From an uncultured Clostridia bacterium (GTDB lineage: Bacteria; Bacillota; Clostridia; Christensenellales; UBA1242), in NCBI GenBank assembly GCA_944381245.1, contig CALWKK010000001.1, forward strand, positions 331 to 64,330: a DNA stretch of 64,000 nt. The letters run 5' to 3'. The notes beneath the pieces were generated by a model, which made no database searches, was not told the origin of the DNA, and was given only the letters and a program-made list of their open reading frames with translations. Made by a program: the position numbers and the translations under genes. This document shows positions 20,981 to 30,458 of this stretch, in pieces; within the stretch, counting starts at the first letter, position 1, and each line of letters starts with the position of its first letter.

Positions 20981-22066
20981 TTAATTGATAATTATTTTCT
21001 TTAAGATATTTAATGAATCATTTAAATTTTCACTTGTTGCTAATTTTTGTTTTAACTCAGAATTACATCTTATACCATTTGTATACCACAACATATGTTT
21101 TCTCATATATTTAATTAAAAAATTTTCTGAATAATATTTTCTTAATATTGAAATATGTTTTTTTGCATTTATATAATTTATGTATTTTTCATTTTTTTTC
21201 AAATTTTCTAAATCATTTTCAGTTAAAACATCTTTAAAAAAATCATCTTTTAAAATAAAATTTTCAATAGGTTGTTTTTTTATTCCATTTATGTATTCAT
21301 TTAATTCCTTGAAAATAACTGGATTGCCAAAACTCGCTCTCCCAACCATAACACCTTCAACACCTGTATCCAACATTTTTTTTAATGATTCAATATCAGT
21401 AATATCACCACTTCCAATAACTGGAATATTAACTGCATTAACAATTTCTTTCATTAAAGAATAATCAACAATTCCTGAGTAACCCTGATTTGCAAATCTT
21501 GCATGAACACTTATTGCTTTTGCTCCTGCTTTTTCACACATTTTAGCAAATTCCACTGCATTATTTTTCCTATATCCTTTTCTAAATTTAACTGTTATAA
21601 TTTTGTCTGATTCTTCAACGCATCTTTCAATTATTTGTTTAGCAATGTCAATATTATCCATAAGCGCACTTCCTTCACCATTTTTTACAATCTTCGGCGC
21701 TGGACATCCCATATTAATATCAATTATATTAAACTTTTTTAACAAATCCAGTTGACAAGCTTTAACCATAAATTTCGGATCAGATCCGAAGATTTGAACG
21801 GCTTTTATTTTTTCAATATCTTCTGTAAATAGTAACCACGAAGATTTATTTTTTGCTATTTCAGGATTTTGTTTTACAAATTCAGGATTTAATGGTGTTG
21901 TTAAAGCCTTTCCCTCTCCATAAATTAATCCTTTTGCACTGACCATTTCTGTATAAGAAATATCAGCACCATAATATTTGGCAAGTGCTCTAAATCCAAC
22001 ATCATTAACACCTGCCATCGGTGCTAAAAGAATCTTTGAATTTAATTTAAGGTTTCCAATTTCCAT
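20981..22066 (-). CDS. dusB: tRNA dihydrouridine synthase (DusB-like)
   Basis: LAPMAGVNDVGFR and DINMGCPAPKIVKNGEGSALM with the catalytic Cys. Confidence 0.9.
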   Translation of the reverse strand: MEIGNLKLNSKILLAPMAGVNDVGFRALAKYYGADISYTEMVSAKGLIYGEGKALTTPLNPEFVKQNPEIAKNKSSWLLFTEDIEKIKAVQIFGSDPKFMVKACQLDLLKKFNIIDINMGCPAPKIVKNGEGSALMDNIDIAKQIIERCVEESDKIITVKFRKGYRKNNAVEFAKMCEKAGAKAISVHARFANQGYSGIVDYSLMKEIVNAVNIPVIGSGDITDIESLKKMLDTGVEGVMVGRASFGNPVIFKELNEYINGIKKQPIENFILKDDFFKDVLTENDLENLKKNEKYINYINAKKHISILRKYYSENFLIKYMRKHMLWYTNGIRCNSELKQKLATSENLNDSLNILKKIIIN

Positions 22067-22102
22067 AAAAATATTTTATATGAATTTAAAGTTAAATCAA
22101 AA

Positions 22103-22375
22103 TTATTTTAACTTATCATTTAACTTTTTTGAACTTTTAAACGAAGCAACAACTTTTTGATTTATAGTTAATTCTTCTAAAGTTTGTGGATTTATTCCTT
22201 TTCGTTCTTGACGAATTCGTGGTTCAAATTTTCCAAAACCACTTATTTTAACGTCACCACCCCTTTTTAAAACTTCAGCAATTAATTCAGTTATTGCATT
22301 TAAGCAATTAATACAATCTTTTTTTGAAAGTTTTGCTCTTTTAGAAATAAAATCGGTTAATTCATCTTTATTCAT
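22103..22375 (-). CDS. hup: HU family DNA-binding protein
   Basis: 90 aa. MNKDELTDFI...GFGKFEPR.R.ER.G.NPQT arm motif. Confidence 0.9.
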   Translation of the reverse strand: MNKDELTDFISKRAKLSKKDCINCLNAITELIAEVLKRGGDVKISGFGKFEPRIRQERKGINPQTLEELTINQKVVASFKSSKKLNDKLK

Positions 22376-22401
22376 ATAAATATTATTTCCATTTTTCTAA
22401 T

Positions 22402-24045
22402 TTATAAATTATCTAAATTCTTTTTTTTATGATTTTCTTTAAATTGAATTATTTTATTTCCAAAAGGTATTTTTAAAATTTCATCATATGTAAATATTGG
22501 AAATATTATACTGATAATTAAAAATACAATTCCTGATATACTAAAAGATATTAATATAGATAAAAATTCAGGTAAGACAAAATTTAATAAAAAGTATAAA
22601 TTTATAGCCAAAGTAACCATAATAATTGAATTAATTAGCATAAACAATAATTCTTTTATTTTTATATAAAGGAAATCAATATTCTTTATTGCTATTAAAT
22701 TTAGTCCCGATGCTATACTAAAACAAAATATTGATCCCAATGCAGCACCATATATTCCCAAAGAAGATGAAACAAAAATATATGTCAAAAATATTTTTAC
22801 TACTCCACCAAGTGTTAAATTTACTAAAGCTGTTAAGCTTTTATTTTTAGCTTGTAATATTGCTGTTGTAATTTGTAACATTGAAATATAAAAAATATTT
22901 ATACTTGTAATTTTAAGCAAAGAAGATCCTAAAGTTAATAATTCGCCACTCGTTGTTGAAGGATATAGAAGTGACATAATTTGATTTGAAAAAAAGAAAT
23001 AAATTAAAATACAAGGTAATGAAATAAAAAAATTAAATTTAAAAATTGAGTTTAAATAATTAGTCTTTTCACCTTTTTCTTTATCATAGGAAAGTGCTGG
23101 TATTAAATTTGTTGCTAAAGCTAAAGAAACTATTGTTGGAAAATTTATTAATGAATTTACCATTCCAGAATAAACTCCAAACATTTGAGTTGACATTGAG
23201 CTTGTTAAGCCATTTTTAATTAATAAATTTACAATCAAAAAACTATCTATTGCTAAAATAAATGGTAAAATCATAGAATTTAATGTTATTGGAAACGATA
23301 ATTTTAATAATATAAAAAAATCTCTCTTAAAATTTATATTTTCTTTATCAAATTCTTTTCTATTCTTTTTTTTATTTTTTAAATAAGTAATAAATATATA
23401 AAAAAACGCAAAAACTTCACTTATTGCAACTCCTAATAATGCTCCTAAAACACCATAACTTGGCCCATAAGATATTAAAACTGAAGATAAAACTAATCCA
23501 ATAATTAATTTTAAAATTTGTTCAATTATTTGAGATAAAGCTGTCGGAATCATATTCTGATATCCTTGAAAGTATCCCCTAAAACAAGTTAAAACACTTG
23601 CAAAAATAATAGCCAAAGCAACTCCAAAATAACCTATTGAAGCGCTTTGATTTCCTTGCAAATTAGCTATTTGATTATTAAATATTAAAAATATTATAGA
23701 TACAGTACTCGACGATATTAATAAAATAAAAAAAGCATATTTTAAAAAGTTTTTAGCTCTTTTATATTCACTATTAGCTCTGCATTCAGCAACTAATTTT
23801 GATAAAGCAACTGGAATTCCACCACTAATAAAAATTAAAAAAAGAGAATATATAGGAAATATTAATTGATACAATCCTATTCCCTCTGGCCCTAAAATAT
23901 TTGATAAAGGAATACGATAAAATGCTCCTATTAATTTACAAAACAACCCCCCAACCAAAAGTATGATTGTTCCTTTAGCAAATTTACTACGATTTATAAC
24001 TTCTTGCATATTAATATTTTTTGAAATAAATTTTTTAATATACAA
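22402..24045 (-). CDS. MOP-superfamily flippase (MurJ/SpoVB-like polysaccharide biosynthesis protein)
   Basis: About 14 TM. N-terminus KGTIILLVGGLFCKLIGAFYRIPLSNILGPEGIGLYQLIFPIY is typical of SpoVB/MurJ-like proteins. Start may be the internal ATG at 24009. Confidence 0.75.
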   Translation of the reverse strand: MYIKKFISKNINMQEVINRSKFAKGTIILLVGGLFCKLIGAFYRIPLSNILGPEGIGLYQLIFPIYSLFLIFISGGIPVALSKLVAECRANSEYKRAKNFLKYAFFILLISSSTVSIIFLIFNNQIANLQGNQSASIGYFGVALAIIFASVLTCFRGYFQGYQNMIPTALSQIIEQILKLIIGLVLSSVLISYGPSYGVLGALLGVAISEVFAFFYIFITYLKNKKKNRKEFDKENINFKRDFFILLKLSFPITLNSMILPFILAIDSFLIVNLLIKNGLTSSMSTQMFGVYSGMVNSLINFPTIVSLALATNLIPALSYDKEKGEKTNYLNSIFKFNFFISLPCILIYFFFSNQIMSLLYPSTTSGELLTLGSSLLKITSINIFYISMLQITTAILQAKNKSLTALVNLTLGGVVKIFLTYIFVSSSLGIYGAALGSIFCFSIASGLNLIAIKNIDFLYIKIKELLFMLINSIIMVTLAINLYFLLNFVLPEFLSILISFSISGIVFLIISIIFPIFTYDEILKIPFGNKIIQFKENHKKKNLDNL

Positions 24046-24062
24046 TATTTTTTAATATATTA

Positions 24063-24138
24063 TGGTGGGCAGTAAGGGACTCGAACCCCTGACTTCCTCC
24101 ACGTCAAAGAGACACTCTACCAGCTGAGTTAACTGCCC
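24063..24138 (-). tRNA. tRNA-Val (anticodon GAC), CCA encoded
   Basis: Manual cloverleaf on the minus strand: GGGCAGT/ACTGCCC acceptor, ACTC-AGCTGGTA-GAGT D arm, anticodon loop TTGACGT, T arm AGGGG-TTCGAGT-CCCTT, then A-CCA. Confidence 0.85.
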
Positions 24139-24190
24139 ATTTTTTATATTTTACCATAAGAATTAATAATTTCAAAATTTTTTTAAATTA

Positions 24191-24925
24191 TTAAATAAAT
24201 TTTAAAAAATCTTTTGGATTTAAACTTGCTTTTCCAACTAAAATACCATTAATGCATTTTAATTCTTTTATTTCCTTGTAATTATTAAAGTTTATACTTC
24301 CTCCGTAAACAATTTTGATTTTTTCAGCATAATCTTTTGAATATAATATTTCTATTGTCCTTTTTATAACTTTAACTGCAAATTCAATTTCTTTGACAGT
24401 TGATACATTTCCCGTTCCTATAGATTTAACAGGTTCGTATGCAAAAATTATATTTTTTAATTTCTTTTCATCAATATCTTTTAAACATTTCTTTAATTGA
24501 TTAAATAAAAATTTTTTTATTTTTCTTTTGTTATTTTGTTTTAAATTTTCACCAACACATAAAATAATTTTTAAATTATTTTTTAATGCAATTTTAATTT
24601 TTTTATTAATTAAATTGTCATCTTCAAAATATAATATTCTTCTTTCGCTATGCCCCAACAAAACACCTTTTATGTTAAAATTTTTAATCATAGAACATGA
24701 TATTTCCCCCGTAAAATTGCCTAATTCATTTTCATTTATATTTTGTGCATAAATTTTTACATTTTTACTTTTTAAACTTTTATTTTGATATAAAGATGTA
24801 TAAGGAACACAAAAAATTATTTGATTATTTTTACTTTTAAAATTTTTCAAAAATATATTAAAATAATCAAAAATTTCGATATCTGTTAAATTCATTTTAA
24901 AATTAGCTATTAAAATTTTTCTCAT
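24191..24925 (-). CDS. tpiA: Triosephosphate isomerase
   Basis: IANFKMN, LLGHSERR, AYEPVKSIGTG, YGGS. Confidence 0.9.
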   Translation of the reverse strand: MRKILIANFKMNLTDIEIFDYFNIFLKNFKSKNNQIIFCVPYTSLYQNKSLKSKNVKIYAQNINENELGNFTGEISCSMIKNFNIKGVLLGHSERRILYFEDDNLINKKIKIALKNNLKIILCVGENLKQNNKRKIKKFLFNQLKKCLKDIDEKKLKNIIFAYEPVKSIGTGNVSTVKEIEFAVKVIKRTIEILYSKDYAEKIKIVYGGSINFNNYKEIKELKCINGILVGKASLNPKDFLKFI

Positions 24926-24927
24926 AA

Positions 24928-26112
24928 TTAAATATCGCTTAAAGCTTCTAATCCAGGTAAATCTCCTCCTTCCAAGAGAGCCAAAGTCGCTCCACCTCCA
25001 GTTGACAAGTGACTTATAGTATCTTCTAATTGCAATGATTTTATTGCAGCAATGCTATCTCCACCACCAACTATAGTTAACCCTTTATTTTTGGAAACAG
25101 CTTTTGCAATTTCACTTGTTCCATTTGAAAAATTCGAAAACTCAAAAACTCCCATTGGACCATTCCAAATTATAGTTTTCGAATCTTGAATATATTTTTT
25201 ATATAATTTTATTGTCTTTGGCCCAATATCTAACCCCATAACTTCAGAAGGAATTTTATTAATATTATAATATTTGGCTTTCGCTTTTGGGCTGTATATT
25301 TCACTTGCCGCTATATCTATAGGTAAAATAACATTTTTATTTAATTTAACAGCTTCATCTAAAATATTTTTAGCAATTTCAATATTTTCTTCATCAATTA
25401 TAGATTTACCAATATTAATACCTTTAGATTTTAAAAATGTGAAAGCCATTGCTCCACCAATTAAAACATTGTCTGCTTTTTTTAACAAATTTTTAACAAC
25501 ACCAATTTTATCTGAAACTTTAACTCCACCTAAAATAGCAGTAAATGGTCTTTCTGGATTTTCTGTTGCATTTTCAATTGTTTTTATTTCTTTTTCCATT
25601 AGGAATCCCATTGCATTATTTGTTAATAACTTTGGCAATCTGTATATTGAAGCATGTTTTCTGTGAATTGTTCCAAAAGCATCATTAACATATACATCAG
25701 CCATATTTGCTAATTTTCTTGCAAAATACAAATCATTTAATTCTTCTTCTTTGTGAAATCTTAAATTTTCGATAACTAAAATTTCACCATCTTTCAATTT
25801 TTTTGCTTTTTCTGTTGCATCTGGACCAACAACATCAACGGCAAAATAAATTTTGTTAAATAAATATCTTATTAACTGTTGAGCAACAGGAAACATAGAA
25901 TATTTTTGATTAAATTCGCCATTTGGTCTGCCTAAATGCGATGCTAATATTATTCTTCCTCCATTTTTTAAAATATATTTTATAGTTGGTAATTCTTCGT
26001 ATATTTTAGTATCATCAGTTATATTTCCATATTCATCTAAAGGCACATTTAAATCAGCTCTCAAAAAAACTGATTTACCTTTTAGTTCTAAATCTGTTAA
26101 ACTTCTTTTCAT
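24928..26112 (-). CDS. pgk: Phosphoglycerate kinase
   Basis: RADLNVPL, ILASHLGRP, GGAMAFTF, STGGGATLALLEG. Confidence 0.97.
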   Translation of the reverse strand: MKRSLTDLELKGKSVFLRADLNVPLDEYGNITDDTKIYEELPTIKYILKNGGRIILASHLGRPNGEFNQKYSMFPVAQQLIRYLFNKIYFAVDVVGPDATEKAKKLKDGEILVIENLRFHKEEELNDLYFARKLANMADVYVNDAFGTIHRKHASIYRLPKLLTNNAMGFLMEKEIKTIENATENPERPFTAILGGVKVSDKIGVVKNLLKKADNVLIGGAMAFTFLKSKGINIGKSIIDEENIEIAKNILDEAVKLNKNVILPIDIAASEIYSPKAKAKYYNINKIPSEVMGLDIGPKTIKLYKKYIQDSKTIIWNGPMGVFEFSNFSNGTSEIAKAVSKNKGLTIVGGGDSIAAIKSLQLEDTISHLSTGGGATLALLEGGDLPGLEALSDI

Positions 26113-26175
26113 ATTACCCCCACGATATTAGTTTAGCATTAAGTTAAAAATTTATCAAATAAATATTGAATTTAT

Positions 26176-26204
26176 TTGCTTATTGTTTATCATAAGAGTA
26201 TAAT
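26176..26204 (+). promoter_or_regulatory. Sigma-A-type promoter for the alpha-oxoamine synthase gene
   Basis: TTGCTT (26176-26181), 17-nt spacer, TATAAT (26199-26204). TAAGGAG RBS lies 7 nt before the ATG at 26230. Confidence 0.55.
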
Positions 26205-26229
26205 TTTATAGTTTATTAAGGAGAAAAAA

Positions 26230-27408
26230 ATGGATTTATTTAAAAAATGTTATGATTATAAATTGGTTGATGAATTAAAAGCAAACGATCTATATCCATA
26301 TTTTCATTATTTAACTTCAGGACAAGACACAATTGTAAATATGGAAGGTAAAAGAACAATTATGATTGGGTCAAATAATTATTTAGGCTTAACATCAAAC
26401 AAAGATGTTATCAAAGCTGGAATAGAAGCATTAGAAAAATATGGTTCAGGATGTTCTGGATCACGATTTTTAAATGGAACTTTGGATTTACATATTAAAT
26501 TGGAAAAAGAGTTAGCTGAATTTTTAAATAAAGAAGCTTGCGTAACTTTTTCAACTGGTTTTCAGTCTAATTTGGGAATAATAAGTGCAATTGCCGGCAG
26601 AAATGATGTTGTAGTTAGTGATAAAGAAAATCATGCAAGTATATATGATAGTTGTAAGCTTTCATATGCTAAATTATTAAGATATGAACATAATAATATG
26701 GAAGATTTAGAAAAACAATTAAAATCAATTGGAAGCGACAAGGGAATTTTAATTGTTACTGATGGTGTTTTTTCTATGAGTGGTGAAATTTGTAATTTAC
26801 CTGAAATCGTTAGATTGGCGAAAAAATATGGAGCAAGAGTTATGGTTGATGATGCTCATGCTTTAGGAGTAATTGGAAAAGGTGGAAGAGGAACAGCTTC
26901 TCATTTTAATTTAGAAAATGAAGTTGATATTATCATGGGCACATTTAGTAAATCCTTAGCTAGTTTAGGTGGTTTTGTTGCCTGTTCAAAAGAAGTTGCT
27001 AATTATATCAAACACAATTCTAGACCTTTTATCTTCAGTGCCAGTATGACACCTGCTTGCGTTGCTTGTGCTACAAAAGCATTGGAAATCTTAAAAAATG
27101 AGCCTGAAAGAGTTGAAAAATTAAATAAATTAGGAGATTATTTTAGAGAAGGTTTGAAAAAAAGAAACATAAAATTTATTGATGGTAAAGCTCCTATTGT
27201 TGCGATTTGGACTTATTCAGACACTAATTCATTTAAAGCATGTAAAATGTTGTTAGAACAAGGTGTTTATGTTAATCCAGTTATTTCTCCAGCTGTTCCA
27301 GTTGGTCAAAGCATTTTGAGAACTTCTTTTACTGCAACTCACACAACAGAACAATTAGATGAAGCATTGGATAAAATAAAAATAGTTTTAGATGAGTTAT
27401 TAAAATAA
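26230..27408 (+). CDS. PLP-dependent alpha-oxoamine synthase, serine palmitoyltransferase-like (BioF/Kbl/SPT family)
   Basis: GSNNYLGL, KYGSGCSGSRFLNGT, DDAHALG, PLP-lysine motif GTFSKSLASLGGF, RPFIFSAS. Confidence 0.85.
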   Translation: MDLFKKCYDYKLVDELKANDLYPYFHYLTSGQDTIVNMEGKRTIMIGSNNYLGLTSNKDVIKAGIEALEKYGSGCSGSRFLNGTLDLHIKLEKELAEFLNKEACVTFSTGFQSNLGIISAIAGRNDVVVSDKENHASIYDSCKLSYAKLLRYEHNNMEDLEKQLKSIGSDKGILIVTDGVFSMSGEICNLPEIVRLAKKYGARVMVDDAHALGVIGKGGRGTASHFNLENEVDIIMGTFSKSLASLGGFVACSKEVANYIKHNSRPFIFSASMTPACVACATKALEILKNEPERVEKLNKLGDYFREGLKKRNIKFIDGKAPIVAIWTYSDTNSFKACKMLLEQGVYVNPVISPAVPVGQSILRTSFTATHTTEQLDEALDKIKIVLDELLK

Positions 27409-27433
27409 AAAAAAAAAAAATTTTTTCTTTTTT

Positions 27434-28639
27434 TTATAACAATCTCTTAGCTGAAAAAATATATTCAAAATCATTTGGCAATTCATTTAAAATATCTTCT
27501 ATTAAATGTCTTCCAAATATTGCATTTATTATTCCATTGGCTCCACAACTTAAAAAATATAAAATGTTTGGATCCTCATTACTTTTTCCTATGACACCTA
27601 AATTATTTGTTGTTGAAGCAAAAAGTCCGCAAAATTTATAGTCAATTTGTATTTTATCTTTTAAAAAAGGAAACATTTTTTTTAATTGATTTTCTAATGC
27701 TTTATATTTTTTTAATGCTAATTTTTCATTTATTGGTTTTTTAATATTATATTTTGTATCTTCTCCACCAAATATGATTCTATTATCTGGTAATAATCTA
27801 AGATAGTGATAAGGATCTTTAAAATCTTGTATTAAACATTTATCATACCAATCAAAGTTATCAATAGGATTTGTCACAATACTATAAGAAATAAACTTTT
27901 CGCTTAAATTTTTTTGCGGAGTTAACGTTTCATTAAAACCGGTTGATATTATGATTTTTTTGCATGTAATTTTGTTGCCAAAATTCGTTTTTGCAATAAT
28001 TTTATCATCTTCTTTATATATTGAATCAATTTCAGTGTTTTCAAAAATCTTGCTTTGGTTATAAGAAGTTTCAATCATTTGTTTACAAAATAGATAAGGA
28101 TTAAACTCTGCCCCACCATTTTTGCAAAATATTCCTGCCTTTATTTTAAAAGGAAAAGGATTATTTTCTTCATCAATAAATTTAACCTCAAATCCATTCT
28201 CTTCCCTAAATTTATATTCGTTTTTAAATTTTTTAACTTTCAATATTTGATCAGTAAATACTAAAGTGCTTTTTAAAGAAAATTCACAAAAGTTTCCATT
28301 TTTTTTTATAAATTCACATATTTCTTTAATAGATTTTAAACCCATTTTATATATTTTGATTATTTCTTCGTTAGTTAATTCATTGCTTAAATCTTCTGCG
28401 AAATCATCTAATTGATATTCTAAGAGCGCAGTTGCTGAAGATGTACAATTATATCCAAGTCTACTTTTATCAACAAGAACAACATCATGATTTTCAGATA
28501 AATAATTATTTAATATTATTCCATTTATTCCTCCTCCTATTATCAAAATTTCGCATTTAATATCTTTATTCAAATAAGGAAAATTCTTTATTTTATTTTT
28601 AGCTTTACAAAAATATGGTTCACCTTTAACATATTCCAA
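27434..28639 (-). CDS. FAD-dependent oxidoreductase (DAO / glycine-D-amino-acid oxidase-like)
   Basis: N-terminal Rossmann ILIIGGGINGIILN...VVLVDK; overall length and C-terminal GANG pattern fit the DAO family. Confidence 0.7.
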   Translation of the reverse strand: MEYVKGEPYFCKAKNKIKNFPYLNKDIKCEILIIGGGINGIILNNYLSENHDVVLVDKSRLGYNCTSSATALLEYQLDDFAEDLSNELTNEEIIKIYKMGLKSIKEICEFIKKNGNFCEFSLKSTLVFTDQILKVKKFKNEYKFREENGFEVKFIDEENNPFPFKIKAGIFCKNGGAEFNPYLFCKQMIETSYNQSKIFENTEIDSIYKEDDKIIAKTNFGNKITCKKIIISTGFNETLTPQKNLSEKFISYSIVTNPIDNFDWYDKCLIQDFKDPYHYLRLLPDNRIIFGGEDTKYNIKKPINEKLALKKYKALENQLKKMFPFLKDKIQIDYKFCGLFASTTNNLGVIGKSNEDPNILYFLSCGANGIINAIFGRHLIEDILNELPNDFEYIFSAKRLL

Positions 28640-28690
28640 TTTAACAACTCTTTATTTAGTGTAGCCATATTTTATAAATATAAACTATAA

Positions 28691-28715
28691 AAAAAATTGC
28701 AAATTGCAATTTTTT
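28691..28715 (-). terminator. Hairpin/terminator at the gltX stop
   Basis: aaaaaattgca-aat-tgcaatttttt is a perfect 11-bp inverted repeat with flanking A/T runs. The stem is AT-rich with only 2 G:C pairs. Confidence 0.45.
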
Positions 28716-30369
28716 ATTTAGTTAAATAATCAATTAAATTTTTTATTCTTTTTTTAACTTCCTCTTCTTTTATATATTGACTAATTTCGTAAATATCTGG
28801 AGAATCTTTTTTACCTGTTAAAGCAATTCTAATAAACGTTGTTACATCAACTATTGATCCATTATAATTTTTCGGATTGTTTTTGTATTCTTTTATTTTA
28901 ACACAATAATTATATTTATTTGCAATATTTTTTATTTTTTCAAACCATACTGATTGTTCGTCATTTTGATTATATGATTCAATATAATCTTTTAATATTT
29001 CAAGAACATAAGGAAAATTTAAAAATTCATTATTAATATTTAATTTTTGCAAAAAATTTAAATCATATAAGTAATCAAAATTTTTTTCAATCTCATTCCA
29101 TTTAGCAATATCCATTCTGTTTTTATGCCATATTGGTATTGAAGATTTAAACTTATTTTCATCTTTAATAATAAATTGATATAGATTATTAGAATATAAT
29201 TTTGACCAATTTAATATTCCTTGAAAAACTTCTTCATCAGTCATATTTTTTATTATGCGTTTTGAGACATTTAATAATTTGTTTAAATCAAATAAAGCAC
29301 CACTTTTTGACATTTCATTTAAATTTATGTCAAAATCCTTATAAGATAATTCAGGATTTTTTTCTCTCCACAATTCAAATCTAGAATTAATTAAGTTTAA
29401 CAAATACTCTTTGACTGCAATAATTGGAAATCCTTGTTCAAAGTAAAAACCAACTCTTGCTTCTGGATCTTTTCTTTTTGATAACTTTCTTTTTGAATCA
29501 CCCTCTAATTTCAAAATTGGACAAACATGAGCATACTGTGGAGCCTTAAATCCTAATGTTTTAAACATTTGCAAGTGCAATGGTAACGATGGGATCCATT
29601 CGTCTGCTCTAATTACGTGAGTCGTGCGCATTAAATGATCATCAATTACATGTGCAAAATGGTATGTTGGAAGTCCATCACCCTTTATGATAACGACATC
29701 AATTTCGTTATCTTCCATGTTTATTTCACCTCTTATAATATCTTTAACAGTAACTCTTTTTATTCCATTATTATCAGCTTTTAACCTTATAACAAAACTT
29801 TCTCCATTTTCTATTTTTTTTATTGCCTCATTAACAGTTAGATTTCTGCAAACTGCATATTTTCCACCATATCCAATCAGACTTTCTCCAACTTTGTTTT
29901 GATTCTCTCTAATTTTTTCTAATTCATCCTTTGTACAAAAACAAGGATAAGCTTTACCTTGTTCTATTAGATATTTAGCATATGTTTGATATATTTCTTT
30001 TCTGTCTGATTGTCTATATGGACCATATTCTCCAAAATCTTCAGTTTCATTAATTGGACCCTCATCAAAATTTATATCAAAATTATGTAATGTATTTATT
30101 ATTTCAGTTACACCATTCGATAGAATTCTAGATTGATCAGTATCTTCAATTCTTAAAAAGAATGTCCCATTTTGTTTATGAGCAAAACTTTGATTAATTA
30201 ATGATATATACAACCCACCTAGATGCATATATCCTGTTGGACTTGGGGCAAAACGAGTTACAACATTATTTTTTTTGCTTCTTTCTGAATATAAATTTTC
30301 ATAATATTCAACATTTTTATTAATATTTGGAAAAATAGCTTCAGCTAATTTTTTATAATTATTTTCCAT
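28714..30369 (-). CDS. gltX: Glutamate--tRNA ligase (long, about 550-aa form)
   Basis: RFAPSPTGYMHLGG (HIGH) and KLSKRK (KMSKS). Confidence 0.9.
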   Translation of the reverse strand: MENNYKKLAEAIFPNINKNVEYYENLYSERSKKNNVVTRFAPSPTGYMHLGGLYISLINQSFAHKQNGTFFLRIEDTDQSRILSNGVTEIINTLHNFDINFDEGPINETEDFGEYGPYRQSDRKEIYQTYAKYLIEQGKAYPCFCTKDELEKIRENQNKVGESLIGYGGKYAVCRNLTVNEAIKKIENGESFVIRLKADNNGIKRVTVKDIIRGEINMEDNEIDVVIIKGDGLPTYHFAHVIDDHLMRTTHVIRADEWIPSLPLHLQMFKTLGFKAPQYAHVCPILKLEGDSKRKLSKRKDPEARVGFYFEQGFPIIAVKEYLLNLINSRFELWREKNPELSYKDFDINLNEMSKSGALFDLNKLLNVSKRIIKNMTDEEVFQGILNWSKLYSNNLYQFIIKDENKFKSSIPIWHKNRMDIAKWNEIEKNFDYLYDLNFLQKLNINNEFLNFPYVLEILKDYIESYNQNDEQSVWFEKIKNIANKYNYCVKIKEYKNNPKNYNGSIVDVTTFIRIALTGKKDSPDIYEISQYIKEEEVKKRIKNLIDYLTK

Positions 30370-30458
30370 ACAATCTCCTAGTTTGTTTTAGCAAAATAAC
30401 AATAATTTGTCAATCTTTATTGATATATATAAAAAAAATTAAAGAAATTCTTTAATTT

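Noticed and set aside
27407-27436. A14 run followed by T6CT8 between convergent genes: possible phase-variable tract or terminator
   Set aside because: Both stop codons lie at the edges of the tract, so length changes would not alter either reading frame. An all-A:U stem is too weak to call an intrinsic terminator with confidence.
30370-30458. Possible T-box leaders upstream of gltX, alaS (32256-32268) and tyrS (44296-44368)
   Set aside because: The spacers are 89, 13 and 73 nt, far shorter than a T-box riboswitch (about 200 nt or more). No specifier-loop or T-box consensus sequence was seen. The 30434-30460 inverted repeat is better read as a weak AT-rich terminator for alaS, with a TTGACA promoter for gltX.
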